Shown: positions 49,201 to 58,885 of the stretch, one piece after another
How positions within the stretch are numbered: the first letter of the stretch is position 1
Layout of the letters: each line of letters opens with the position of its first letter
IMG/VR virus record: IMGVR_UViG_3300037322_000284
Length of the DNA stretch: 64,000 nt
Source of the DNA: an uncultured virus (IMG/VR IMGVR_UViG_3300037322_000284)
Lineage: Duplodnaviria; Heunggongvirae; Uroviricota; Caudoviricetes
Direction: 5' to 3' (one strand)
Program-made: the position numbers and the translations under genes
Notes under the pieces: model-generated
Told to the model about the DNA's origin: nothing
The model's input: only the letters and a program-made list of their open reading frames with translations
Database searches by the model: none

Positions 49201-51377
49201 AAAGATTTTACTTCTGCTTCTGCTTGAGCTATACTAATATTTGTTCTTCTAACCCTCGCTTGCATATTTTTACCCATCCTTTCAATTTCTGCTTGAATTG
49301 ATTTTGCTTTTAAAGTGTCTTCTCCTATTATGTCGCTCATATCTTTTACTGCACTATCCATAGCTTTGTTTGAATACTGTCCACTAACAATTGAAAATGT
49401 TAGTGCGTCTTTCATCTGCTGTGTTTGTACATCAGTTCCTAAAATTCTAGTGTCTCCTAAAATTGCATCGGCAAAACCTTTAGCATCTTTGTACGAGTTT
49501 ATAGTGTCTTTTACACCTTTTAAAATCTGTTCTTTGTGATTTTCAATGTCCGAAATACCTTGCTCAGCCCACTGCTCATCAGTTGTTGTTTCTAAAGCAG
49601 TTTCTGCTAAAGAAATGAAGTTATTTAAATCTTCCCCTATTGTGTCTCTAAATTGTATGTTAGCTAAAAGTCCGTGATTACTTGCTAATTGTGCTTCTAC
49701 ATCATTCCCCGCTTCTGCTGCTTTTCCTTGTCTTATAGCTGCGTCTTTTACTCTGGCATCCATTATAACCCTATTCATAAGGATAGTTTGTGCTACAGTG
49801 TCATTTGCTCCAAATTTATTTAAACCTTCAGCTACATATTCTTGCTGATATTGTTCGTCTTTTTCAAATTGTCTTACTTCTTGGAATTTCCCTTTTCCAA
49901 TTGTCAAAGAGCTTATTCCCCCAACAATTGCCCCAATTCCAATTGCATTCCAACCTTCTTTTGTACCGTATTGCTCAGAAAAAGCTTTACCTGTTGCTTC
50001 CGCAAAAGCCATAGTTTCATTGTTATACTTTGGGTCGTAAGATGCAGAAATCCAATTTTCCGCTGTTTTTGTTGTTACTCCTTGTAACCCTTCTTCAAAA
50101 AGACCTTCCGTTACTAAAGGTTTCAGTGCAGCGTAAGCGTACTGAGCTCCTTTTTGTTTTCCTGTTGCTTTTAGTCCTTCAACAACCCCACTCTCTAAGG
50201 TTTTTGTCCCTATACCAAACATGGATTTATTCATTGCTTTTGCTGCGCCTTTAAAAGGGGAAGCAATATTAAATATACTACCAAACATAGCCATGTTAGA
50301 GGGTGTCAGAATTGCCATATTAGTTGCAAAAACAGCATTAGCTGAGTCCTCTAAATTGTTCTCAAAAGTTTGTATTTCCTCTTTTGAAGGCTCTCTTCCA
50401 TTTAACCTTTCAAAATTATCATAGAAATTTTCTTGCTGTTCTCTTTTATAGTGTAGTGCTTCAATACCCGCCTCGTTTCCTGAGGATGTTGCTAAGAACC
50501 TAAAGGTGTTAGCTACTTTTGCTGTGTTAGCATATAATTTTGCGGTATTTTTACTAATTTGCCCCGTGCGGTACATTGTTTCTATACCTTTTTGCACAAA
50601 GCTTTTATTTTTTGCCAAACCTAAGGCTACTTGTTCTGCACCCAAAGCTGCTTTACCCCATCTTGTTATATTCCCTACTTTTGCTCCATATAAACCTGCT
50701 CTTGCTGCTATGGATGCTCCTCCTGTAGCAAACGCCCAAATTCCTTCGGAAACTGCTGTACCTAATGTAAATGATAACGCCCCTGCTACATCATTAGCCC
50801 AAAAATTGGCAGTACCCATATTCTGAAAAAAGTTGTTGTCTTGTTCGTCTTTTTTTACATAACTAGGTAGTTGATATCCTAACTTTTCATTGTAGTCCGC
50901 CAAAGCATTAGAAAAACTATTATCAAAAACAGCGTTCCAACTACCCTCTCTAGCTCCTTCCGCTAAGCCATATACAAAACCTACAGTGTTACCCACAACT
51001 GTAGTTAATAAGTTATTACCCGCTTTTAATAAACCATTAGCCCACTTGTCTCCAGTGGATTGGGATTGTGACAACCTTTCTTGGTTATCTACTCTTGGTA
51101 CATATGTTTCAAATTTAGCTACAGCTCCAGTACCTATTGATTTATATACATCTGAAAACGGGGTAGTATTATCATATGTTTGCATTCTACTATCAAGTCT
51201 ACCATCTAAAGACCCTATAAAATTAACATTCATATCTTGGTTCTTTAGTCCTTCTACTTTTTTTATTCCATTTTGTATAGGGCTTTTTTTCTGTATACTT
51301 TTTACCGTATTAGTTATATCTGTATTTGGTTGGTTAACTATGTCTAAATAGGAAAAATCAGTATTAGTTGGTTCCAT
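46266..51377 (-). CDS. Large internal virion/ejection protein
   Basis: 1703 aa; G/A-rich hydrophobic N-terminal segments followed by coiled coil. Confidence 0.6.
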   Translation of the reverse strand: MEPTNTDFSYLDIVNQPNTDITNTVKSIQKKSPIQNGIKKVEGLKNQDMNVNFIGSLDGRLDSRMQTYDNTTPFSDVYKSIGTGAVAKFETYVPRVDNQERLSQSQSTGDKWANGLLKAGNNLLTTVVGNTVGFVYGLAEGAREGSWNAVFDNSFSNALADYNEKLGYQLPSYVKKDEQDNNFFQNMGTANFWANDVAGALSFTLGTAVSEGIWAFATGGASIAARAGLYGAKVGNITRWGKAALGAEQVALGLAKNKSFVQKGIETMYRTGQISKNTAKLYANTAKVANTFRFLATSSGNEAGIEALHYKREQQENFYDNFERLNGREPSKEEIQTFENNLEDSANAVFATNMAILTPSNMAMFGSIFNIASPFKGAAKAMNKSMFGIGTKTLESGVVEGLKATGKQKGAQYAYAALKPLVTEGLFEEGLQGVTTKTAENWISASYDPKYNNETMAFAEATGKAFSEQYGTKEGWNAIGIGAIVGGISSLTIGKGKFQEVRQFEKDEQYQQEYVAEGLNKFGANDTVAQTILMNRVIMDARVKDAAIRQGKAAEAGNDVEAQLASNHGLLANIQFRDTIGEDLNNFISLAETALETTTDEQWAEQGISDIENHKEQILKGVKDTINSYKDAKGFADAILGDTRILGTDVQTQQMKDALTFSIVSGQYSNKAMDSAVKDMSDIIGEDTLKAKSIQAEIERMGKNMQARVRRTNISIAQAEAEVKSLSTELQRLQVSKDETKGERLQKVQEKLLLVNEEVRNLKQQREELAKEVSQESKRRRGINKSNPEGINLDTEFILGSDLENIDGKLQKIDEIIKSYEGINHQVYYDLMESMKQYNFAKDSFFSYQATVDAIVNGNFKPKFSKAEGLLGRVFNSKEPIDNFTAEFLETTYNNYKKSIENFAVGRIEGDSVSDEDYKTFKEEGTITETILNDIASKVKNKERLTEREQEIYQAKTDEINKATKPNPNKPDLNSQVKNVEVLTEAEAIRQEIEQAFEKDYPLLTTDVDELIRDRPTKEEIEKYKELYEKRANLDLFEQPVFEELQARMSKWFMAQSLPSGEKSIADLVVILSQLETTSEKRDTLDNIDNEVQFLETVADRDSRAQIREDIAQSISGSAVVKKYQGKVFLSHVNAQTIIKSLKLDVNDEVLIAEPKYNSKGVLQKATPSEFASEETIEKFAKVEGTVFSVNGVQFSIGARSTIIFSETLYNQVKEQINLIFIDSKTGSWSSQDLYERLPDGTTRKKDSEFETNTNSELLYDAKTGSNLELFVDMDTQWNKGLSEEFIKEYLKTNGQISKELKDKIEKTLEITLKGQQGNVATLKAASEKGINDNFLLLRKRYADSFIEELEYSASTISKVKDLNSALETLPKKIDLEADVDVKDMYLGSPILQLDENNQPKEQPITQIGTEKVLTQGYISSKEGLVVADKTLKSEEVSNLYVTNLMDKNPDLKIPVVILEKGEYKFAFPITMLKREDDRSGDLEAILTSAKTPVAVVIRINELMISLGSETRLSEYSDERVEEVREELKNYKSFTTANELADSEYNKESLQQDATIKVNLENEVISSPKLIFDLDSLTIGNVDKNETDAIKLRASIPQDLEVIRNIVNSEVGIPEQNRFVQAFDNNDVENSGADIMNRKDVNFIKKVFFDANGNKIGIGGKAVEIIGKDKLLKLRDKLILLDFYEKQIKTIKDKVTQSNLNCK

Positions 51378-54153
51378 ATGTTTTTATAAGATTATCAATT
51401 TCATTTACGTTTTCAGACCTAAGTAATGCTAATATGTATTCATTTATAAATTCTTGTGGTCTAAATTTTACTTTTTGTTGAAGTGCATCTAATTTATTAG
51501 AGTTTTCTTCTGATATTAAACTACTCATTGGAGTCTCAAATAGTGCTTTACCACCTTTAACTACTTTTGGTAAAATATATATTCCGTCTTTATTTTCCGT
51601 CTTTTCTGTAATGATATATATTTCTGGATCGGATATCAATTTACTTATGGCACTACCTAATTTTGTTGGGTTAGATTCTTTACCTAATAGCTCTTGATAA
51701 TTTTTATGGTAGTAAGCTTTTGCTCCTTTTTTTGTACTTAGATTTGCTATTTCTGAATTAGTACTGCCATAATGTGCTTTAGAGTACCCTGCTAAATTAG
51801 TGCCAGACATTTCTGTAAAAGTGGCTTTTTGCCTTAATGGTGGAAAATTGCCTAGACTAAAAACAGACTTTGTATTGTATAAATCGATGGAGTTTAAAGT
51901 TTCTTTTGGTAAATCTTCCTTTCTCAATACAATTTCCTTATAGCTATCTTCTCCCACCCTTCCCACAGAAAGGGATATCAACGCATTGTCGCCTTTTACT
52001 TGCTTCATATTTATAGGTAGACTTCCACTAGATTCAAAATTAGCCTGTTGTGCTATTCTTTTATAGTCGCTTGTACCTGGTTGAACTGTAGTTATTAATG
52101 CAAAAGATGTTTTAGAGTTAGATTTTATCTTTTCACCTATTTTTTTATTTATTTCATAGGAGGTTATCTTTTTATAAAAATCTTGATTTGTTAGATCATC
52201 GAAAGAGTCGTCTGAACTAAAAATACCATCAACGTTATACCCTTTACTCTTTTTTTGGTTTTCTATAAACTTGTAAGTTTTTGAATTTGGGTTCAATTGC
52301 GTATCTTCATAAGTACTAGCTGCAGCTACTCCCGTAGTTGGTGAAGTGTTAGACATGCTTCTTGTCACTTTTTGAGTTATTTTTAAATAATCCTCTCCAT
52401 TTAACTTTGCTATTTCTCTTAAATTTTGCTGTCTATCTCTTGGATCACTTAAATATTTATCTGTCAACATGGATTTTTTTAAATATTCTTTTAATCTTGG
52501 TACATCATTTATACTTTTTATCTTGTTACCATCGTTATCTACAATGCCTGTTGCTTTTAATACGTCTTTAACAGGTATTACTTTCTCTTTACCGTTACTA
52601 AACCACGTCATTTTAACATTAGAGTTGTTATGTAATTCTTTTAAGAAAGACTCTGAGTCTAAAGAACTTTCGGCTTGTTTTACAACTTCCTTAGTGTAAA
52701 TATTTATTTCATTCTGTTTTACGTATCTTTCATTAACAACCCTATTAAGGTTAATAGCGTCGGAATTTGAAACTTTACCTCCTTTAGCATAGTCTATTAA
52801 TAAATCCTCTTTTGTTTTTAAACCTTTAGAGGCTTTTATTTCAGCATCTATTCCTTGTCTTATTTCTTCATCTAAATTTTCATATATATTATTTGTAATA
52901 TCTTTTATAGAATTGTCTAGATCGTTGATTTCCCCTAGTGCATCCTTAGTGATATCTTCAGGAGTTATATCAGGGGTTGCTTCAAAATCAGCTTTTGTTT
53001 GATATGATCCGCTTTTTGTATTAGCTTCTTTATTTTCAACAAATTCTTGTTTTCTTAAAGCCAATTGGTAATTTCTCTCGTCTTTTTCCCTGTCATATTC
53101 CATCTTAACTTTAGCCATATAAGTAGAGTCTGATGATATTGTCTCCGATATATTATTATAAGCAAAAGTATTAGCAACATTACTAAGCACGCCTTCTCTA
53201 TACATTAACCCATACATTTGTTCAGATGTGCCTCTGTTATATACGTTTTCTAGATTTTTTATGGAGTTGTTATAATTTTTTTCCGCATTAGATGCCTCTA
53301 TTTTATCTACTTCTGAACCTGTTTTATTTGCTTCTGCCTTTGTTAAGACCATTGCGTCTTTTAAGTTACTCTCGTATTGATTTTTAAAATTTTCAAAAGA
53401 TACTTTTGTATTTAGGTCTCTCTCTTGTTGTGTATTACCTTGGTGGTAAGATGCCCAACCATTTATTGTCATTTGCTGCTTAGCTCCGTCAGATAGTAGT
53501 GCTTCTGATATCTGCCTAACTTTACCAGCAGATATTGTCTTACCTTCTTGTGTATAAATATAACCGTCTCCCCCTATAGAAGATCTTTTTATTTCGGTGT
53601 CATATTTATCTAAGTTTTCTACAATGTCTTTTAACTCTTTTTGGTAATCAACAGAAGGTATATACTTCATACCACCTAACTTATTAGTTTTACCCTCCAT
53701 GTAATCTTGGTATCCCCCTTTAAACTTTCCATAAGCGTAATTGGCATTGTTTGCAGCACCTGGTGTTTTTTTTATAATTTCAGCATACTCTTTGTCATAA
53801 TTACTTGCGTTTTGGTAGCTACTTAGTGCATCTTGTACTAGTGTATCATCCATAACACTTGTCACGGCTGTTAAAATACTGTCTTTGTTATAATTACGAG
53901 ATAAGTCTCCATTCTTTACAGAATACTCTTTAATTGCAGATTTAACTTGCTTCATTTTTTCCGCTATGTACTCATTATCTACGTCTCTCAATCCTTTTAA
54001 CTGGTTTGTGTATAGTGCAAGTGTTTGGTCTATTTGACTCTTATTTTGGTCATATTTCCCTTGCATAGAATAAGCCACTTTTGCGGCTATTTGGGTAGCG
54101 CTGTAATCTTGTGGAGCTTGTGCTTGATATGTTTTACTTAGATAATTACTCAC
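51364..54153 (-). CDS. Putative internal virion protein
   Basis: 929 aa helical protein in the structural module. Confidence 0.55.
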   Translation of the reverse strand: MSNYLSKTYQAQAPQDYSATQIAAKVAYSMQGKYDQNKSQIDQTLALYTNQLKGLRDVDNEYIAEKMKQVKSAIKEYSVKNGDLSRNYNKDSILTAVTSVMDDTLVQDALSSYQNASNYDKEYAEIIKKTPGAANNANYAYGKFKGGYQDYMEGKTNKLGGMKYIPSVDYQKELKDIVENLDKYDTEIKRSSIGGDGYIYTQEGKTISAGKVRQISEALLSDGAKQQMTINGWASYHQGNTQQERDLNTKVSFENFKNQYESNLKDAMVLTKAEANKTGSEVDKIEASNAEKNYNNSIKNLENVYNRGTSEQMYGLMYREGVLSNVANTFAYNNISETISSDSTYMAKVKMEYDREKDERNYQLALRKQEFVENKEANTKSGSYQTKADFEATPDITPEDITKDALGEINDLDNSIKDITNNIYENLDEEIRQGIDAEIKASKGLKTKEDLLIDYAKGGKVSNSDAINLNRVVNERYVKQNEINIYTKEVVKQAESSLDSESFLKELHNNSNVKMTWFSNGKEKVIPVKDVLKATGIVDNDGNKIKSINDVPRLKEYLKKSMLTDKYLSDPRDRQQNLREIAKLNGEDYLKITQKVTRSMSNTSPTTGVAAASTYEDTQLNPNSKTYKFIENQKKSKGYNVDGIFSSDDSFDDLTNQDFYKKITSYEINKKIGEKIKSNSKTSFALITTVQPGTSDYKRIAQQANFESSGSLPINMKQVKGDNALISLSVGRVGEDSYKEIVLRKEDLPKETLNSIDLYNTKSVFSLGNFPPLRQKATFTEMSGTNLAGYSKAHYGSTNSEIANLSTKKGAKAYYHKNYQELLGKESNPTKLGSAISKLISDPEIYIITEKTENKDGIYILPKVVKGGKALFETPMSSLISEENSNKLDALQQKVKFRPQEFINEYILALLRSENVNEIDNLIKTYGTN

Positions 54154-54229
54154 GTGTTTGTTTTTATTTTAAAACCTCTGCTAATTTTCAAAAGCAAAGG
54201 TATTGTTTATTTTTTAATTGTGCAAATAT

Positions 54230-57200
54230 TTAATAGTTAAATCTTCCCCCTAGTTGAGCTGTGTATTTTTTAGCATCCCCTCTAAAGTTTTTCATGTATT
54301 CTATCCTTTGTTGTGGAGTCATTTTACTTAACTCTTCTTCCGATAGAGAAGGTAGTCCAATATCTGTGGATTTATTATTTAAGTACTCAATTCCATTATC
54401 TGTGATTGCATAATTATCTAATCCAGCATTGTAATAGTTCATACTTCTAACATTGTTTTGTGCAGCACTTTGGTCTACAAAACTTTGATTTGCTAAACCT
54501 TGTAAGTCATCTCTATAAGCATTTAAACCTCCTAAAACTTTTCCTTGATAGTCTTGATTAAATTGAGAATTAGCAATATCTTCTTTAGATCTTTGTCCAA
54601 TATTGAATTGATCTGCTGAAAATTGGTTTTGAGCGTTAAAGTTTTCTACTTTAGATATAGCATCATTTGAAGCCATTTGACTTGAAGCTAATCCTGAAGC
54701 TAGTAGAGCCTCTTGTTGAATTGGGGATAAACCTGAATTTTGGAACCGTGCAACATCTGTCTGTCTTTGTCTTTCCTGTTCGGCCAACATAGGTTCTGTT
54801 GTAGCCTTAATAGGGTCAATTCTATCTAAGTAAATTTGTTCCTTAGCTATTGTATCCATTTCTGGCATGTACATCATCCTTTGTATTGGATTAGACATTA
54901 CATTTTTAGTTATGTTTCTTTGTTCGATACTCGCTTTTTCACCCGTTATACTGCTAGGTTTTTCTAAAATTGCTACTTTTTCATTTTCAGCAGGTGTCCC
55001 AACTTCTTTTATAGCTTCTAAAAAGGCGTTATGATAGAGTCCAGGTTTCCCATCTGTAGCTAATTGAGTAATCCTATTTTTTCTAGCTTCTCCTGTTAAA
55101 CCTTTTAGCTGTTCTTTTACATTTTCAGAATACTGATTTTTTGTTGATAGTAGCCAATTTTCTATCTTCTCTGCTTTTTTTGGGTCTTTCATAGACTCTT
55201 CTACTAAAGGTATCCAATTTTTTCCATAATTATCCCCTTTCCATATATTATTTAGAGATATATCTCTTGGAGTATATGGTAAATCATTAATACTTATAGG
55301 TGCATTTTCAAAATTTAATGTATTTGTAGAATTTACAGAAGTTGTTGCATTTGGTAGCATAAAAAGAGGGGGATTATTTTCATAGTATTTATTCCCTTGT
55401 TGAGCCATTTGCTGTTCTTCTTGAGGTTGCATTTGTTGCATAACTCCCTCAATCATTTGTACGGCTTGTTCTTCTGGAATCCCATTTTGAATTAACTGTT
55501 GTAATACATCTTGTGGGTCAGTTCCATTTTGCAAAGCTTGTGCAACCATTTGCATTATTTGTTGTGGGTCAACTTGTGCTTGCTGTTCTTGTGGATTAAC
55601 TTCTTCCTCTGCTGTTTGCATCCCACCTTGTTGCATTAAAAGCTCTTCGGCTCTTTCAGGTGAAATTCCATATTTTTTTGCTAGTTCTCCAACCCTACCT
55701 CCCTGTTGTTTTGGGTCGTCTAATGTTTCAGTAATTGCCTTACCATTTTTGTCTAAAAGCTCTCCTGGATTACCCTTTTTTGGTTGTGCTTCTTGCATTG
55801 CAAATACGTCTTGAAAGAACATTGCTTGAGGGGCTTTTAAAGTGTTTAATTTTTTAGTAGTTTCCTCTATTTCACTTGCTACGTAATTCTCATTCAGACC
55901 TCTTGTAACTTCATCTTTTACATTTGAAGCTTTTTCCATTTGCTCGATATAAGCAGTTAGTTTATCTGTTGTTTTTTTAATTCCTAGTTTTTTGTCGAAA
56001 GCTTTTTGTGCATCTGCTGGTGTGGCTCCTTTTTTTAGAGATATGTCATACCTTTCTTTAAGTTCCTTAATGTTAGAAGATGATAGTTTTTGATAGTCTG
56101 CTAAAATCATATCTCCTTGGTCTAAGTTTAAGTTCACTCCATCTGCTATCTTACCTTTTTTGATGTGTGGCTCTCCCACTATTTCTTTAACTTCCCCTGT
56201 TTGCCCATCTGCAAAATATTCACCTCCTTCGGCATTTGTGTTACCATAACCTTGGTCTGTTAAGAATTGACCCGTCATATTTTGAGCATTTGTTATTTCC
56301 TTTTTTCCGCCTTGTTGATAGCTTGCTATGGAGTTCGTTTGCATTCCTTTATTTGCATAACTTCTCCATTGAGGTGTTTTCCTAACCTCCATCATTTCAG
56401 CCTTTGTCACATTTTTATAATCTTCTGAACTTCTAGGGGGATAATTGTAGTATATTCTATCGCCATCTATTCCTGATTTAGAGTCTGTTACACCCTCTTG
56501 GTATTTTACAATGTTAGGGTTAGTTGGTGGGAAGTTTCCATTTTGAACTATACCTCTTCCAAATAAAGCTTGTGCTCCTTCTAAAGTAAATTGTACCCCA
56601 CTGTCTTTTTGTATTTGAGACAAATCATTTTGTGCTACTTGGGTATAACCTCCTTGTTGTGTATATTCATAGTTTGTTTGTGGTCTATCTATATTGTCTT
56701 GCATTTCTTGCATAGACCTTTTTTTATCCCTCCCACTAGCTAATCCACTTAAAAAGTTTCTAGATCCTTGTAGAGCAAATAGACCTGCTCCCATACCTAT
56801 TCCTGACGCATTTCCTTCCCCTATAGATTGTCCTAAAAAACCTAACGCATTAACATCTCCATAAGGGTTTTGTATGTTATATCTAGTTATATCACTGTAC
56901 TGTTGGTTTGGTTGCATGCTTCTTTTTAAAGCATTTAGGTTATTTTGCTCAGATGTGTAGTCTTTAAAATTTTCCGTTGTTCTATCAGCAAAACTTCCTG
57001 AACTGCTACTTATCCCTTGTGGTAAAGGTTGAGTAAAAGGTATTGGGTTATTATTAATAAAGTTTTGAGAATTTGATAAAAGTTGTTCTTGATTTAGATT
57101 ATTGTAGTCTAAACTTTGTAGGTTTAAACTTGGGTTTACATTTCTAAATTGGTTAAAGCTTCCCCCAAATTGCATATTTTTTTGCCCATTAAATGTTGCA

Positions 57201-57286
57201 TAAGCTATTGCATTGGCTTGCGGTGTAGAATACCCATCTCCTTTAAGAGCTTTTATTTTGTTTTTAATAAACTGTTCTTTTGTCAT
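54230..57286 (-). CDS. Q-rich internal virion protein with repeated QxGG motifs
   Basis: MQFGG, TQQGG, YQQGG, KQQGG, MQQGG, AQQG, AQLGG; NAEGGE...GEPH motif. Confidence 0.65.
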   Translation of the reverse strand: MTKEQFIKNKIKALKGDGYSTPQANAIAYATFNGQKNMQFGGSFNQFRNVNPSLNLQSLDYNNLNQEQLLSNSQNFINNNPIPFTQPLPQGISSSSGSFADRTTENFKDYTSEQNNLNALKRSMQPNQQYSDITRYNIQNPYGDVNALGFLGQSIGEGNASGIGMGAGLFALQGSRNFLSGLASGRDKKRSMQEMQDNIDRPQTNYEYTQQGGYTQVAQNDLSQIQKDSGVQFTLEGAQALFGRGIVQNGNFPPTNPNIVKYQEGVTDSKSGIDGDRIYYNYPPRSSEDYKNVTKAEMMEVRKTPQWRSYANKGMQTNSIASYQQGGKKEITNAQNMTGQFLTDQGYGNTNAEGGEYFADGQTGEVKEIVGEPHIKKGKIADGVNLNLDQGDMILADYQKLSSSNIKELKERYDISLKKGATPADAQKAFDKKLGIKKTTDKLTAYIEQMEKASNVKDEVTRGLNENYVASEIEETTKKLNTLKAPQAMFFQDVFAMQEAQPKKGNPGELLDKNGKAITETLDDPKQQGGRVGELAKKYGISPERAEELLMQQGGMQTAEEEVNPQEQQAQVDPQQIMQMVAQALQNGTDPQDVLQQLIQNGIPEEQAVQMIEGVMQQMQPQEEQQMAQQGNKYYENNPPLFMLPNATTSVNSTNTLNFENAPISINDLPYTPRDISLNNIWKGDNYGKNWIPLVEESMKDPKKAEKIENWLLSTKNQYSENVKEQLKGLTGEARKNRITQLATDGKPGLYHNAFLEAIKEVGTPAENEKVAILEKPSSITGEKASIEQRNITKNVMSNPIQRMMYMPEMDTIAKEQIYLDRIDPIKATTEPMLAEQERQRQTDVARFQNSGLSPIQQEALLASGLASSQMASNDAISKVENFNAQNQFSADQFNIGQRSKEDIANSQFNQDYQGKVLGGLNAYRDDLQGLANQSFVDQSAAQNNVRSMNYYNAGLDNYAITDNGIEYLNNKSTDIGLPSLSEEELSKMTPQQRIEYMKNFRGDAKKYTAQLGGRFNY

Positions 57287-58884
57287 TATTTTTTATTTAT
57301 TTCTTTTAAAAATAGTTTTTCTGCTTCTGTGATTGGATATTCTGTAAACTTTGTAGCTCCTTCAAATTTATATTCTCCTGAATTTGCCTCTATAATCTGT
57401 GATCTACCTACATTTGGTTTCACCAGAAGGCTTATGTTTCCATAACCATCCGTTGCCATTGTATTTCCTTGTATCTCTGTTATTTGATTGGGGTACTTCC
57501 GTTGACCCTGTTGGTCTTTTATTACTTTCCCTTGTTGTGCGTAATAATTATCAGAAACTTTTGAATTATCTGCGGTTTTATTCAATAACTCTAATATTTC
57601 ATCTTTATTAAAATGTTCTAAATTGTAACCTTTAAAGTTGTATTTTTCTACATCTTCGGGCGTTATAACTTGTGTAGGTTTTAGTCCGTTATTATATCTA
57701 AACCTGTTTATTTCTGCGTGATTTTCCTCAGAGTCTTCTCTGTAAGGCGTTAAAGTTTTCGACGATGTTAACTTTGATATGGGCTCTGTTATGTATTTTT
57801 TATAGTTTTCATTATTTCCCTTCTTTAAATCTTTTTGGAACCTGTGGGAAAACTCGTGAGTTGCTATGCCTGCTCTATCTTGATAGTTTTTATCAAATAT
57901 TATCCTATTAGTAACAGTATCAAATTCTCCCGAAGGTGTTATTAAATTACCACCGTTGTCTGTGTATGATAAGTCATCAATATAAATATCATTTGAGAAA
58001 GGTGTAGAAGCGTTATTGTTTAATTTTACTCCGTTGACTTCTCTATTACTATTCCAACTATTTAACCACTCTCTTTGGGTTTCAATATCTACTACTTGGG
58101 AAGTATTAAGATTACCTATTTTTGTTCCTTGTTGTGCAATATCACTATCTACAAAACTACTCACATTATTATATATATCTACTAAGTTTGAAGTTGGTTG
58201 AGAATATTCCTGTTGGTCTCCTTGTGGTGGAGGTGCTACTTGTTTTTGCTCTGCTAATGATTTACCGTATTCATCTAAAAAATTTTGTTCTTTAGTTTTT
58301 TGCTCCACTTCAGCTATATCTTTATCTTCTTTTTGAGGCTCTTCTTCTGCTATTATTGGAGTATCAAAGGTAGGCATACTATTTTTTATATCAAATTCTT
58401 TGAAATTGCTTGTAAGTTGTTGTTCATAATTTGCTATTGCTTCATCAGAGATTGGTGTTTGTCCTTTGTATTGTTGTTGAGTAGGTGTGTACTTTATATT
58501 TGCATTTTTGTAAACCTTTCCAACATAACTAGCTGTTTGTTGTGGCAATTCCTTTTTACCCGCTTTCCACTTTTTAATATTTCCTATTCCAAAATTATAA
58601 GCTCTTAAAGCATCATCCATATTACCCGTCTGCTTTTGTAATTGACTTAGGTACTTACCCGCCGCCTCTATACTTTGAGAAGCATTAAAAGGATCTATTC
58701 CAAAATCCTTTGCTGCTCCTGGCATAAATTGCATGAGTCCCTTAGCTCCCGCCTTAGAAACGGCACGTGAATTAAAGTTGCTTTCAGTCTTCATGATTCC
58801 CACTAATATATTTTTAGGTAAGTTGTACTTACTTTCTGTAACATTAGCTTCCTTAATATATCTTTGTTGTTCTGCTATTGTCAT
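57286..58884 (-). CDS. Virion lytic transglycosylase (SLT) with C-terminal zincin-like motif
   Basis: ESNFNSRAVSKAGAKGLMQFMP, AYNFGIGN; HEFSH. Confidence 0.88.
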   Translation of the reverse strand: MTIAEQQRYIKEANVTESKYNLPKNILVGIMKTESNFNSRAVSKAGAKGLMQFMPGAAKDFGIDPFNASQSIEAAGKYLSQLQKQTGNMDDALRAYNFGIGNIKKWKAGKKELPQQTASYVGKVYKNANIKYTPTQQQYKGQTPISDEAIANYEQQLTSNFKEFDIKNSMPTFDTPIIAEEEPQKEDKDIAEVEQKTKEQNFLDEYGKSLAEQKQVAPPPQGDQQEYSQPTSNLVDIYNNVSSFVDSDIAQQGTKIGNLNTSQVVDIETQREWLNSWNSNREVNGVKLNNNASTPFSNDIYIDDLSYTDNGGNLITPSGEFDTVTNRIIFDKNYQDRAGIATHEFSHRFQKDLKKGNNENYKKYITEPISKLTSSKTLTPYREDSEENHAEINRFRYNNGLKPTQVITPEDVEKYNFKGYNLEHFNKDEILELLNKTADNSKVSDNYYAQQGKVIKDQQGQRKYPNQITEIQGNTMATDGYGNISLLVKPNVGRSQIIEANSGEYKFEGATKFTEYPITEAEKLFLKEINKK

Positions 58885-58885
58885 T

